Below, in pieces: positions 38,026 through 46,762 of a stretch of 64,000 bases of DNA. Position 1 is the first letter of the stretch. Each line of letters starts with the position of its first letter. The stretch is from Gemmatimonadales bacterium. GTDB taxonomy: Bacteria; Gemmatimonadota; Gemmatimonadetes; Gemmatimonadales; GWC2-71-9. The position numbers and the translations under genes are program-made. The DNA lies in assembly GCA_035712285.1 (NCBI GenBank), contig DASTBA010000105.1, positions 2,927 through 66,926 on the forward strand, given 5' to 3'. The notes under the pieces were generated by a model that was not told where the DNA came from, did not search any database, and saw only the letters and a program-made list of their open reading frames with translations.

Positions 38026-39783
38026 ATGATGTCCGAACTGCTGCCTGCCCACGAGAAGTCCACCGCCACCGGCCTCCGCGTCCGCCCCGACCTGTACGAC
38101 GAAGAGTACAGCGACGACGAATACGACCAGCTCCTCTCGATGTACGAGGGGACGATGTCGCAGATCGTCGAGGGCGAGATCGTCAAGTCGAAGGTCCTCC
38201 GCGTCACGGACAACGCCGTCATCCTCGACGTCGGCTTCAAGTCCGAGGGCTCGGTGCCCCTGGACGAGTTCAAGGATCCCGGCTCCCTCAAGGAGGGGGA
38301 CGAGGTCGAGGTGTTCCTCGAGCACCTCGAGGACCACGAAGGCGCCGTCGTCCTGTCCAAGAAGAAGGCCGACTTCATGCGGGTCTGGGAGAAGATCCGC
38401 GTGGCGTACGAGAGCGACCAGCCGGTGGAGGGCACGCTCACCAAGAAGATCAAGGGCGGCGTGGTCGTGAACCTCATGGGCGTGGATGCATTCCTGCCCG
38501 GTTCGCAGATCGCGCTCCGCCGGGTGCCCAATATCGACGACCTCCTGGGCCAGACCTACGAGTTCAAGATCATCAAGCTCAACAAGCGCCGCCGCAACAT
38601 CGTGGTGAGCCGCCGGGTGATCCTGGAGCACGAGCGCGCCCACAAGCGCGAGCACCTCATGAAGGAGCTCGAGGTGGGCCAGGTCCGGAAGGGCGTCGTC
38701 AAGAACGTCACCGACTTCGGCGCCTTCATCGACCTGGGCGGCGTGGACGGCCTCCTGCACATCACCGACATGTCGTACGGCCGCGTGTCGCACCCGAGCG
38801 AGATGGTGCAGATCGGCCACGAGGTGGAGGTCAAGATCCTCGACATCGACTGGCAGCGCGAGCGCATCTCGCTCGGCATGAAGCAGCTGCAGTCGTACCC
38901 CTGGAAGGACGTGGCCCAGAAGTACCCGGTGGGCTCGCGCGTGCAGGGCAAGGTGGTCTCGATCACCAACTACGGCGCCTTCGTGGAGCTGGAGCCCGGC
39001 ATCGAGGGGCTGGTCCACATCAGCGAGATGAGCTGGACCCGCAACGTCCGCCATCCCTCCAAGATCGTCTCCATCGGCGAGACCATCGAGGCGGTGGTGC
39101 TCAAGGTGGACGAGTCGGAGGAGAAGATCTCGCTCGGCATGAAGCAGACTGAGCAGGATCCGTGGATGGTGCTGCCGCTCAAGTATCCGGTCGGCACCCG
39201 GCTCGCGGGCAAGGTCCGGAACCTCACCAGCTTCGGCGCCTTCGTCGAGATCGAGCCCGGTATCGACGGCCTGATCCACATCTCCGACATGTCGTGGACC
39301 AAGCGGGTGCAGCATCCCTCCGAGGTGGTGAAGAAGGGCGACTCGGTCGAGGTGCTCATCCTCAACATCGACGCCGAGAACAAGCGGATCAGCCTGGGCC
39401 TCAAGCAGGCGCAGGAGGATCCGTGGCTCCGGATCGGCGAGACCTACCCGATCGGGATGACCCTGCGCGGCGTGGTGCTGCGGCTCATGGACAAGGGCGT
39501 GGTGGTGGATGTCGGCAATGACATCGAGGGCTTTGTCCCGATCTCGCAGCTCGGCAAGCCCGACGTCCAGAACCCCGGCGACGCCGTGCAGGAAGGCCAG
39601 CCGGTGGATCTCTCGGTGCTCGAGGTGGATCCGATCCATCACCGGATCGTGCTGGCGGTGGTGGGCTATCCCGAGACCACCGAGGAGGAGATGGCCGCCA
39701 ACCGCGCCAAGGCGGCGCGGCCGGTGCCGGCCGAGGACGAGTCGGAGGAGTCAGCCGAACCGGAGTCCCCCGCCGCCGAGTGA
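38026..39783 (+). CDS. rpsA: 30S ribosomal protein S1
   Basis: 585 aa with six repeated S1 domains (G.V..V...GAF.DLGG.DGLLHI.. pattern). No Shine-Dalgarno sequence precedes the ATG, as is known for E. coli rpsA. Confidence 0.95.
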   Translation: MMSELLPAHEKSTATGLRVRPDLYDEEYSDDEYDQLLSMYEGTMSQIVEGEIVKSKVLRVTDNAVILDVGFKSEGSVPLDEFKDPGSLKEGDEVEVFLEHLEDHEGAVVLSKKKADFMRVWEKIRVAYESDQPVEGTLTKKIKGGVVVNLMGVDAFLPGSQIALRRVPNIDDLLGQTYEFKIIKLNKRRRNIVVSRRVILEHERAHKREHLMKELEVGQVRKGVVKNVTDFGAFIDLGGVDGLLHITDMSYGRVSHPSEMVQIGHEVEVKILDIDWQRERISLGMKQLQSYPWKDVAQKYPVGSRVQGKVVSITNYGAFVELEPGIEGLVHISEMSWTRNVRHPSKIVSIGETIEAVVLKVDESEEKISLGMKQTEQDPWMVLPLKYPVGTRLAGKVRNLTSFGAFVEIEPGIDGLIHISDMSWTKRVQHPSEVVKKGDSVEVLILNIDAENKRISLGLKQAQEDPWLRIGETYPIGMTLRGVVLRLMDKGVVVDVGNDIEGFVPISQLGKPDVQNPGDAVQEGQPVDLSVLEVDPIHHRIVLAVVGYPETTEEEMAANRAKAARPVPAEDESEESAEPESPAAE

Positions 39784-39805
39784 CCAGGCGCATCGAATGA
39801 CACGG

Positions 39806-39836
39806 AGCCCCCGGCCATCCGGGGGCTTCGTCTTTC
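39806..39836 (+). terminator. Intrinsic terminator after rpsA
   Basis: AGCCCCCGG (39806-39814), loop CCAT, then CCGGGGGCT (39819-39827) give a perfect 9-bp GC-rich stem. A pyrimidine-rich, T-containing tail TCGTCTTTCC follows. Confidence 0.6.
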
Positions 39837-39866
39837 CTCCCGTCTTCCCGTCCTCCCGCCTTCCCG
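39835..39866 (+). repeat. Four tandem 8-nt units YCYTCCCG
   Basis: TCCTCCCG, TCTTCCCG, TCCTCCCG, CCTTCCCG. The TCCCG core recurs at 39838, 39846, 39854 and 39862, an exact 8-nt period. The array sits between the rpsA terminator and the TACTTT hexamer upstream of pccB. Confidence 0.8.
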
Positions 39867-39880
39867 CCTACTTTCACCCC

Positions 39881-41434
39881 ATGACCCATCCTCGAGACTT
39901 GCTGGAACAGCTGCGCGAGCGACAGGCCGCATCGGAGCAGGGGGGCGGTGCACGCCGGGTGGCGCAGCAGCACAAGAAGGGGAAGCTCACCGCCCGCGAG
40001 CGACTCGACCTGCTGCTCGATGAGGGCACCTTCGTCGAGCTCGACCGCTTCGTCACCCATCGCGCGACCGAGTTCGGCCTGGGCGAGGAGAGATACCCCG
40101 GCGACGGTGTCGTCACCGGATACGGCCGGATCGAGGGCCGGCTGGTGTACGTCTTCTCGCAGGATTTCACCGTGTTCGGCGGCTCGCTGTCGGAGGCGCA
40201 CGCCGAGAAGATCTGCAAGGTGATGGACCTGGCGCTCCGGAACGGCGCGCCGGTGGTGGGACTCAACGATTCGGGTGGGGCCCGCATCCAGGAAGGCGTG
40301 GCCTCGCTCGGCGGCTATGCCGACATCTTCCTCCGCAACACCCTGGCGTCCGGCGTGATCCCGCAGATCAGCGCCATCCTCGGTCCCTGCGCCGGCGGGG
40401 CGGTGTACAGCCCGGCCATCACCGACTTCGTCTTCATGGTCCGGAACGTGAGCTACATGTTCGTCACCGGCCCGAACGTGGTGAAGACGGTGACGCACGA
40501 GGAAGTCACCTTCGACGAACTGGGCGGCGCCGACGTCCACGGCACCGTGTCGGGCGTTTCGCACTTCACCTGCGACACCGAGCCGGCGGCGATCGCCGCC
40601 ATCCGCGAACTCCTGGGATTCCTGCCGGGGAACAACGTGGACGCACCGCCGGTCCGTCCGTCGGACGACCCCGCCGATCGTCGCGAGGAATCGCTGCTCG
40701 AGGTCATCCCGGACAGCCCGGCCCGGCCATACGACATGCTTGACGTCGTCCGGGCCGTCGTGGATGACGGGCATTTTCTCGAAGTCCACGCGGGGTATGC
40801 GCCCAATATCGTGGTCGGCTTTGCGCGCCTCGGCGGCCGCCCGGTGGGCATCGTGGCCAACCAGCCCGCGGCACTCGCCGGCGTGCTCGACATCAACGCG
40901 AGCGCCAAGGCCGCGCGGTTCATCCGGTTCTGTGACTGCTTCAATCTGCCGATCGTCACCTTCGTGGACGTGCCGGGTTTCCTGCCTGGGGTGGCGCAGG
41001 AGCACGGCGGCATCATTCGCCACGGCGCCAAGCTGCTCTTCGCCTACTGCGAGGCGACGGTGCCGAAACTCACCGTGATCACCCGCAAGGCCTATGGCGG
41101 GGCCTACGACGTGATGAGCAGCAAGCACATCCGGGGCGACGTGAACTTTGCGTGGCCCACGGCGGAGATCGCGGTCATGGGGCCGAAGGGGGCGGTGGAG
41201 ATCCTGTTCCGAGGGGAGATCGCCGGCGCGGAAGACCCGGACGCCGAGACCACGCGGCTCACCGGGGAATACACGGCGCGATTTGCCAATCCGTACGCGG
41301 CGGCGGAGCGCGGCTACGTGGATGACGTGATCGACCCCCGTGACACACGGCCCCGCCTGATCGACGCGCTCCTGACCCTTGCGGGCAAGCGGGACCGGAA
41401 CCCCCCGCGGAAGCACGGCAACATCCCGCTCTGA
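39881..41434 (+). CDS. pccB: Acyl-CoA carboxylase carboxyltransferase (beta) subunit, propionyl-CoA carboxylase-like
   Basis: [81 protein letters not shown] 39881. The 5' part of track ORF 39509-41434 overlaps rpsA. Confidence 0.88.
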   Translation: MTHPRDLLEQLRERQAASEQGGGARRVAQQHKKGKLTARERLDLLLDEGTFVELDRFVTHRATEFGLGEERYPGDGVVTGYGRIEGRLVYVFSQDFTVFGGSLSEAHAEKICKVMDLALRNGAPVVGLNDSGGARIQEGVASLGGYADIFLRNTLASGVIPQISAILGPCAGGAVYSPAITDFVFMVRNVSYMFVTGPNVVKTVTHEEVTFDELGGADVHGTVSGVSHFTCDTEPAAIAAIRELLGFLPGNNVDAPPVRPSDDPADRREESLLEVIPDSPARPYDMLDVVRAVVDDGHFLEVHAGYAPNIVVGFARLGGRPVGIVANQPAALAGVLDINASAKAARFIRFCDCFNLPIVTFVDVPGFLPGVAQEHGGIIRHGAKLLFAYCEATVPKLTVITRKAYGGAYDVMSSKHIRGDVNFAWPTAEIAVMGPKGAVEILFRGEIAGAEDPDAETTRLTGEYTARFANPYAAAERGYVDDVIDPRDTRPRLIDALLTLAGKRDRNPPRKHGNIPL

Positions 41435-41467
41435 CCCGCCGACTGGCGAAAACCATGGTGGCGCCGC

Positions 41468-42472
41468 ATGTTGGATGCGATGCGAACCATTGCACAGCGG
41501 CTCCGGACCGGCCTCACCGGTGCGACGGCGCTCGGCGTGCTGGGCGCCAGCCTGCCGCTGCCGGCCGCGGCCCAGGGGGCGGTGGATCCGAACGTCGCGC
41601 CGCGCGCCAGCGAGCTCAATCGCCAGGGCGAGCGCGGGCTCGGCATCGAGATGCTCGGGCGCTACCTGGCGGTGGCCCAGAGCGACGGGCGTGCCTGGTT
41701 CCTGCTCTCCCGCTTCTACCGGATGGACGCGCGCGACTGGCACCTGGCCGGCCACCGTGGCGACCCGTCCGCCGAAGTCTATCTCTCGCTTGCCACCGTG
41801 GCCGTGGACGAGGCGACCCGCCTCCGGGTGGATTCGGCGCCGCTCTTCCGCGCGCTCGTCGCGATGGACGAGGCGCTGCTCGCACTCGAGGACTCGGGCT
41901 GGACGGCGGTGGTCCGCTCGATGGGCGGTGGGCTGCCGCCGTTGCCGCCCGCAGTGCTGGAGCTGGGCCGCAACCTGGCGGCATCGTGCCCCCTCGATGG
42001 TGTGCTCGTGACCGGTTCGGAACTCGAGTCGCTGGCCGCATGGCATGCCACCCTGGAGCCGGGCGGCCGCGCCGACCTGGTACCCCTGCGGGTCGATCTG
42101 TTCGTGAGGGATTCGCTGTACCGCCGCCGCATGGCGGAGGCCCTGGCGGTGGATGCGACGGTGCCGACCCAGGCGGCGCTGGCGCAGGTGGCGCGGCGCC
42201 GTCCCCTTTGCCTGGCACCGGCCGCCGACACGACCGGCATGCCACCGGAGCCGTGGACACCCCGGCGCCTGGCTCGTGTCAGCAACGCTGCGGCACCTGC
42301 AGCCACCGGCTTCAGCCTGACGTCTCTCGTGACCGATGTCACGTCCGGCGGAAGCATCTGGACTCCCGAAGTCGTGGCGGCCTACGCTACGGGAGCGCGA
42401 CATAACGACCTGCTCTGCCAGAGCCTTGCGCCGGTTGCCGGCGTCCTGCCCGCCGGGACTTGCGCCCGGTAA
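41468..42472 (+). CDS. Hypothetical secreted protein (signal peptide)
   Basis: 334 aa. The N-terminus LTGATALGVLGASLPLPAAAQG looks like a Sec signal peptide. There are four Cys residues and no motif I recognise. It lies between the carboxyltransferase and biotin carboxylase genes. Confidence 0.6.
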   Translation: MLDAMRTIAQRLRTGLTGATALGVLGASLPLPAAAQGAVDPNVAPRASELNRQGERGLGIEMLGRYLAVAQSDGRAWFLLSRFYRMDARDWHLAGHRGDPSAEVYLSLATVAVDEATRLRVDSAPLFRALVAMDEALLALEDSGWTAVVRSMGGGLPPLPPAVLELGRNLAASCPLDGVLVTGSELESLAAWHATLEPGGRADLVPLRVDLFVRDSLYRRRMAEALAVDATVPTQAALAQVARRRPLCLAPAADTTGMPPEPWTPRRLARVSNAAAPAATGFSLTSLVTDVTSGGSIWTPEVVAAYATGARHNDLLCQSLAPVAGVLPAGTCAR

Positions 42473-42509
42473 TTCCGCCACCGCGCCTTCCGGCGCCTGA
42501 ACTTCCGAC

Positions 42510-44009
42510 ATGATCAAGCGTGTCCTCATTGCCAACCGAGGCGAGATCGCCCTGCGCATCGTGCGCGCCTGTCACGAGGAAGGCCTCGAGGCGGTGGCGG
42601 TGTACAGCGACGCCGACCGGAACAGTCCGCACGTGCGGGCCGCGGACGTCGCCCTTCCGCTCGGCGGCAATCTCCCGTCGGAATCGTACCTCGACATCCC
42701 GAAGCTGCTGCACGCCGCGACGGCGAGCGGCGCCGATGCCGTGCATCCGGGCTACGGCTTCCTTGCCGAGCGGGCGGCCTTTGCCGAGGCGGTGACCGGC
42801 GCCGGACTCGCCTGGGTCGGGCCGCCGGCATCGGCCATCGCTGCCATGGGAGACAAGACCGAGGCCCGCCGCCGCATGAGCGCGGCCGGGGTGCCGGTGG
42901 TGCCCGGCGGTTCGGCACCGCTCGCGAACGCCGCCGAAGCACACGCCCTGGCGGGGGAGCTCGGCTACCCGGTGATGGTCAAGGCGGCGGCCGGTGGTGG
43001 CGGGAAGGGGATGCGCGTCGTCCGCGTGTCGGATGAACTCGAGCCCGCGATCGAGCTCGCTGCCCGCGAGGCGCAGAAGGCGTTCGGTGATGCCTCCGTC
43101 TATCTCGAGAAGTTCATCGAGCGTCCCCGCCACGTGGAGATCCAGGTCCTCGCGGATCATGAACGCACGATCCACCTGGGCGAGCGCGAGTGCTCCATCC
43201 AGCGCCGCCACCAGAAGCTGGTCGAGGAGGCGCCGTCGGTGGCGGTCAGCGCCACGCTGCGGCAGCAGATGGGAGCCGCCGCCGTCGCAGCGGCCTGGGC
43301 GGTCGGCTACCGGAGTGCGGGAACCTGTGAATTCCTGCTCGGCGCGGACGGCCGCTTCTACTTCCTGGAGATGAACACCCGCATCCAGGTGGAGCATCCC
43401 GTGACGGAGCTGGTGTACGGCGTGGACCTCGTGCGCGAACAGCTCCGGATCGCCGGCGGCGAGCGGATGTGGGTCCATGACGGCCCGCTCGAACCCCGGG
43501 GCTGGGCCATCGAGTGCCGGATCACCAGCGAGGATCCGGCCGAGGGGTTCCTGCCCAGCACCGGGCGGATCAGCTGGCTCCGCGCACCGGCCGGGCCGGG
43601 GGTGCGCTGGGATGCCGGTGTCGAGGCCGGCTCCGATGTGACGCTGTACTACGACTCCATGCTCGCCAAGCTCATCGTGTGGGCGCCGACCCGGGAGCTG
43701 GCGATCGGACGGATGCTGCGGGCGCTGGACGAATTGATGGTGGTCGGAGTCACGACCAACCAGAGCTTCCACCGTCGCCTCCTTACCGATCCGGCCTTCG
43801 CGGCCGGCGCCATCGACATCCAGCTGCTGGAACGCCGCCCCGACCTGATGACTGTGCCAGCGGATGAAGGGCGCCTGGCCGCGGTCGCCGTTGCCGCGGC
43901 CCTCGCCGAGGATGAGGCGCGTCGTCGGCGGGCGGTACCGGTCGCCAACCATGTACAGGGAGCCGAGTCCGAATGGGCCCGCCAGAGCCGGCAGGAAGCG
44001 CTCCGGTAA
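42510..44009 (+). CDS. accC: Biotin carboxylase (ATP-grasp) without fused carrier domain
   Basis: IKRVLIANRGEIALRIVRAC, GYPVMVKAAAGGGGKGMRVV and EMNTRIQVEHPVTE. The 499 aa end without a biotinyl domain. Confidence 0.92.
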   Translation: MIKRVLIANRGEIALRIVRACHEEGLEAVAVYSDADRNSPHVRAADVALPLGGNLPSESYLDIPKLLHAATASGADAVHPGYGFLAERAAFAEAVTGAGLAWVGPPASAIAAMGDKTEARRRMSAAGVPVVPGGSAPLANAAEAHALAGELGYPVMVKAAAGGGGKGMRVVRVSDELEPAIELAAREAQKAFGDASVYLEKFIERPRHVEIQVLADHERTIHLGERECSIQRRHQKLVEEAPSVAVSATLRQQMGAAAVAAAWAVGYRSAGTCEFLLGADGRFYFLEMNTRIQVEHPVTELVYGVDLVREQLRIAGGERMWVHDGPLEPRGWAIECRITSEDPAEGFLPSTGRISWLRAPAGPGVRWDAGVEAGSDVTLYYDSMLAKLIVWAPTRELAIGRMLRALDELMVVGVTTNQSFHRRLLTDPAFAAGAIDIQLLERRPDLMTVPADEGRLAAVAVAAALAEDEARRRRAVPVANHVQGAESEWARQSRQEALR

Positions 44010-45217
44010 GGATTCTCCGGATCGCCGCCGGCGGGGACGGCGTGGGCCGGCTGGAGGATGGCCTGACCGTCTTCGTGCCGCGGACTGCGCCGGGGGATCT
44101 GGTGGCGATTCGTGACCTGCGGCGGAAGCGCGGCTTTGCCCATGCCCGCCTGCTGCGGGTGCTGGAGCCCGGCGCCGGCCGGACCGAACCGGGTTGTCCG
44201 CATTACGACGCCGACGAGTGCGGCGGCTGCCAGCTGCAGCACCTGGCATCGCCGGCGCAGCGCGCCGTCCGGCAGCGGATCGTGGGTGACGCACTACGGC
44301 GCATCGGGCACCTGGACACCGACGACCCCGTCATCGAGCCGGCTCTGACGGAGTGGGGATATCGTGCCCGCATCGCGCTGCATGCCGCCGGTGGCCGGAT
44401 CGGTTTTCGGCCTCTGGGCCGGCCGGCCGACACCTTTGCCCTGCGTTCCTGCCACATTGCGCGGGACGAGATTCGCACCCTCTGGGATTTCCTCCGCGAG
44501 CGGCAGCCGTTGCTGCCGGAACGGCTTGCCCGCCTGACGCTGCGCGTGGCCCGTGACGGACACCGGCATGTGGTCGCGGAAGTGCCAAGAGGTGGTGGCT
44601 GGAGGCAGGCTGAGGTTCTGGCGAGGGAACTCGGCCAGGCGGGGCTCGACACCACGCTCTGGTGCGGGGTGGAGTCGGAGGCCCCGGCTCCGGTGCATGG
44701 CGGGGACGACGAGCTGTTTCCGGCCGCTGCGTTCGAGCAGGTCAATCCGGCGATGGGTGACCGGATCCGGGAGGTGGCCGTGGCAGCGCTGGCCGCCGCG
44801 CCGGGCGAGACGATCTGGGATCTCTACGCCGGTGTGGGAGAAACGACGGCGCTGCTGGTCAATGCCGGAGCCGACGTGGTGAGTGTCGAACTGGACGAGC
44901 ACGCCGTGGCCTTTGCCGTTCACCGGGGCCCGCCGGCCCGGCGGTTTGCGGCCCGGGTGGAGGATGTGATCGAGTCGCTTCCGCCGCCTGATCGCGTGAT
45001 CACCAATCCGCCCCGCACCGGCATGCACGAGCGGGTGGTGCGGCGCATCACGGCGCTCGCCCCCCGGCAGGTCGTGTATGTCTCCTGCGACCCGGCCACG
45101 CTGGCTCGCGACATCGCGCGGCTCGGGGCAGGGTTCCGCCTCGCGTCCCTCACGGCATTCGATCTCTTTCCGCAGACCGCGCACGTCGAGACGGTCGCGG
45201 TCCTGGAGCGAGGATGA
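43973..45217 (+). CDS. RumA/TrmA-family RNA (uracil-C5)-methyltransferase with TRAM domain and Fe-S cysteines
   Basis: The TRAM-like N-terminus reads IAAGGDGVGRLEDGLTVFVPRTAPGDLV. A Cys cluster CPHYDADECGGCQLQH follows. The SAM methyltransferase C-terminus reads IWDLYAGVGE, ITNPPRTG and VYVSCDPATLARD. ATG 43973 is the only canonical start that retains the TRAM domain, and it overlaps accC by 37 nt. Confidence 0.8.
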   Translation: MGPPEPAGSAPVRILRIAAGGDGVGRLEDGLTVFVPRTAPGDLVAIRDLRRKRGFAHARLLRVLEPGAGRTEPGCPHYDADECGGCQLQHLASPAQRAVRQRIVGDALRRIGHLDTDDPVIEPALTEWGYRARIALHAAGGRIGFRPLGRPADTFALRSCHIARDEIRTLWDFLRERQPLLPERLARLTLRVARDGHRHVVAEVPRGGGWRQAEVLARELGQAGLDTTLWCGVESEAPAPVHGGDDELFPAAAFEQVNPAMGDRIREVAVAALAAAPGETIWDLYAGVGETTALLVNAGADVVSVELDEHAVAFAVHRGPPARRFAARVEDVIESLPPPDRVITNPPRTGMHERVVRRITALAPRQVVYVSCDPATLARDIARLGAGFRLASLTAFDLFPQTAHVETVAVLERG

Positions 45218-45729
45218 AGTACCTGGTCGAGGTGCAGGGCCGGACCTTCGAGGTCGTGGTGGACGGCGATCACGTGACCGTGGACGGCCGGGATGCTGCA
45301 GCCGCGCTGGAGCCGGTACCGGGGTCTCCCGTCGCGCTGCTCACGCTGGACGGAAAGACGCACAGCCTCGCGCTCCGGCCGCTGGGCCGGGGCGGCTGGT
45401 CCCTCACCACCGGCGGCCAGGAGTTCCAGGCAGAAGTACTGGACGAGCGCACCCGTCACATCCGGTCGCTGGCCGGAACGGGAGCCGCCGAGTCGGCCGG
45501 TGGCGTCCTCAAGGCCCCGATGCCCGGGCTCGTGGTCCGGATCCAGGCCGAGCCCGGACAAGCGGTGGTTGCCGGGGCACCGCTGGTGGTGCTGGAGGCC
45601 ATGAAGATGGAAAACCAGCTCAAGGCCCCGGCGTCCGGCATGGTCTCGGAGGTCCGGGTCGGCGCCGGCCAGGCGGTCGAAAAAGGCCAGGTCCTGGTGG
45701 TGGTCACCGCCGGGGAGTCTTCCCCTTGA
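45214..45729 (+). CDS. Biotin carboxyl carrier protein (biotinyl/lipoyl domain)
   Basis: The C-terminal PMPGLVVRI...LVVLEAMKMENQLKAPASG contains the biotinyl-lysine motif EAMKM. 171 aa. ATGA overlap with the methyltransferase gene. Confidence 0.85.
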   Translation: MKYLVEVQGRTFEVVVDGDHVTVDGRDAAAALEPVPGSPVALLTLDGKTHSLALRPLGRGGWSLTTGGQEFQAEVLDERTRHIRSLAGTGAAESAGGVLKAPMPGLVVRIQAEPGQAVVAGAPLVVLEAMKMENQLKAPASGMVSEVRVGAGQAVEKGQVLVVVTAGESSP

Positions 45730-45755
45730 CCCTGTGCCTTCCGGGCGGCTATTTT
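45726..45755 (+). promoter_or_regulatory. Sigma70-like promoter TTGACC-N18-TATTTT upstream of rplM-rpsI
   Basis: TTGACC 45726-45731 overlaps the BCCP stop. TATTTT lies at 45750-45755, in a locally AT-rich gap about 50 nt before rplM. Confidence 0.4.
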
Positions 45756-45805
45756 AGGAGTCTGTCTTGATTTAGGGATTTTCCCAGAGCCTGATGGAAC
45801 GCCAG

Positions 45806-46258
45806 ATGAAGACCTTTACCGCCACCCCGGAGGACATCTCCCACGACTGGTTCGTGGTGGATGCCGCGGGCATTCCGCTCGGCCGCCTGGCCAGCCATGT
45901 GGCCCAGCTGATTCGCGGCAAGCACAAGCCCACGTTCACGCCCCACATGGACGGCGGGGATTTCGTCGTGGTGGTGAATGCCAGCAAGGTGAGGCTCACC
46001 GGGCGCAAGCTGGAGCGGAAGACCTACTTCCAGCACACCGGCTACATGGGCCACGAGAGCCACGTGCCGGCGCAGAAGATGCTCGACAAGCATCCGGACC
46101 GGGTCATCGAGAAGGCGGTCTTCGGCATGCTGCCCAAGAATTCGCTGGCGCGGCAGAAGCTCCGGAACAAGCTCAAGGTATACGCCGGTCCCGAGCATCC
46201 GCACGCGGCGCAGCAGCCCCGGGCCTATGACCTGACGACGGAGAAGGCAAAGGCATGA
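45806..46258 (+). CDS. rplM: 50S ribosomal protein L13
   Basis: MKTFTATPEDISHDWFVVDAAGIPLGRLASHVAQLIRGKHKPTFTPH aligns from residue 1 with E. coli L13. The track start 45794 is 4 codons upstream. Confidence 0.93.
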   Translation: MKTFTATPEDISHDWFVVDAAGIPLGRLASHVAQLIRGKHKPTFTPHMDGGDFVVVVNASKVRLTGRKLERKTYFQHTGYMGHESHVPAQKMLDKHPDRVIEKAVFGMLPKNSLARQKLRNKLKVYAGPEHPHAAQQPRAYDLTTEKAKA

Positions 46259-46653
46259 GCGCTACCGATACCCGCTGGCAGGCCACCGGCCGTCGCAAGA
46301 CCAGCGTGGCCCGCGTGTACATCACGCCCGGCACCGGCAAGTGGGACGTGAACGGCCGTACCCTGGGCGACTATTTCCCGCGCCCCTCGCTGGTGCAGCA
46401 CATCCAGCAGGCGTTCACCGCCACCGATACCCTCGGCGCCTATGACGTGAAGGCGCACGTGGATGGCGGCGGCCAGACCGGACAGGCCGGGGCGCTCCGC
46501 CTGGGGATCGCACGGGCGCTGGTCAGCGCCGATGAGGCGCACCGGACCAAGCTCCGGGCCAACGGACTCCTGACGCGGGACCCTCGCGCGGTGGAGCGCA
46601 AGAAGCCGGGCCGCCCGGGTGCCCGGAAGCGGTTCCAGTTCAGCAAGCGGTAA
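46255..46653 (+). CDS. rpsI: 30S ribosomal protein S9
   Basis: GRRKTSVARV...GGGQTGQAGALRLGIARAL...RDPRAVERKKPGRPGARKRFQFSKR. ATGA overlap with rplM. Confidence 0.95.
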   Translation: MSATDTRWQATGRRKTSVARVYITPGTGKWDVNGRTLGDYFPRPSLVQHIQQAFTATDTLGAYDVKAHVDGGGQTGQAGALRLGIARALVSADEAHRTKLRANGLLTRDPRAVERKKPGRPGARKRFQFSKR

Positions 46654-46762
46654 CGCAGGCCCAACTCGCACACCGCGGGATTCCGGCTTGGGTGCCTTCG
46701 GGTCGGGCCGGAAGATGAACGCGGTGGACGTACAACCCTCACGAAAGGAACGCAGTACACGC

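Noticed and set aside
38007-38026. TGTGAA...TTCAT just upstream of rpsA, considered as a possible second Rex box.
   Set aside because: The half-site spacing is 9 nt rather than 4, and the right half is degenerate (TTCAT). It does not fit the TTGTGAA-N4-TTCACAA architecture.
39485-42559. A 1024-aa antisense ORF over rpsA-pccB and the hypothetical gene. Similar cases are 12553-15339 (928 aa), 1661-3658, 37924-39642, 46739-48580 and others.
   Set aside because: This is the same GC-driven stop-codon depletion on the antisense strand of well-supported genes. No motifs are present and the composition is dominated by R, G, P and A.
46684-46715. The hairpin TTCCGGC...GCCGGAA between rpsI and rpsB, considered as a possible terminator or rpsB leader element.
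   Set aside because: It has a 7-bp stem, a large imperfect loop and no U tract. It cannot be separated from background GC-rich self-complementarity without covariation data.
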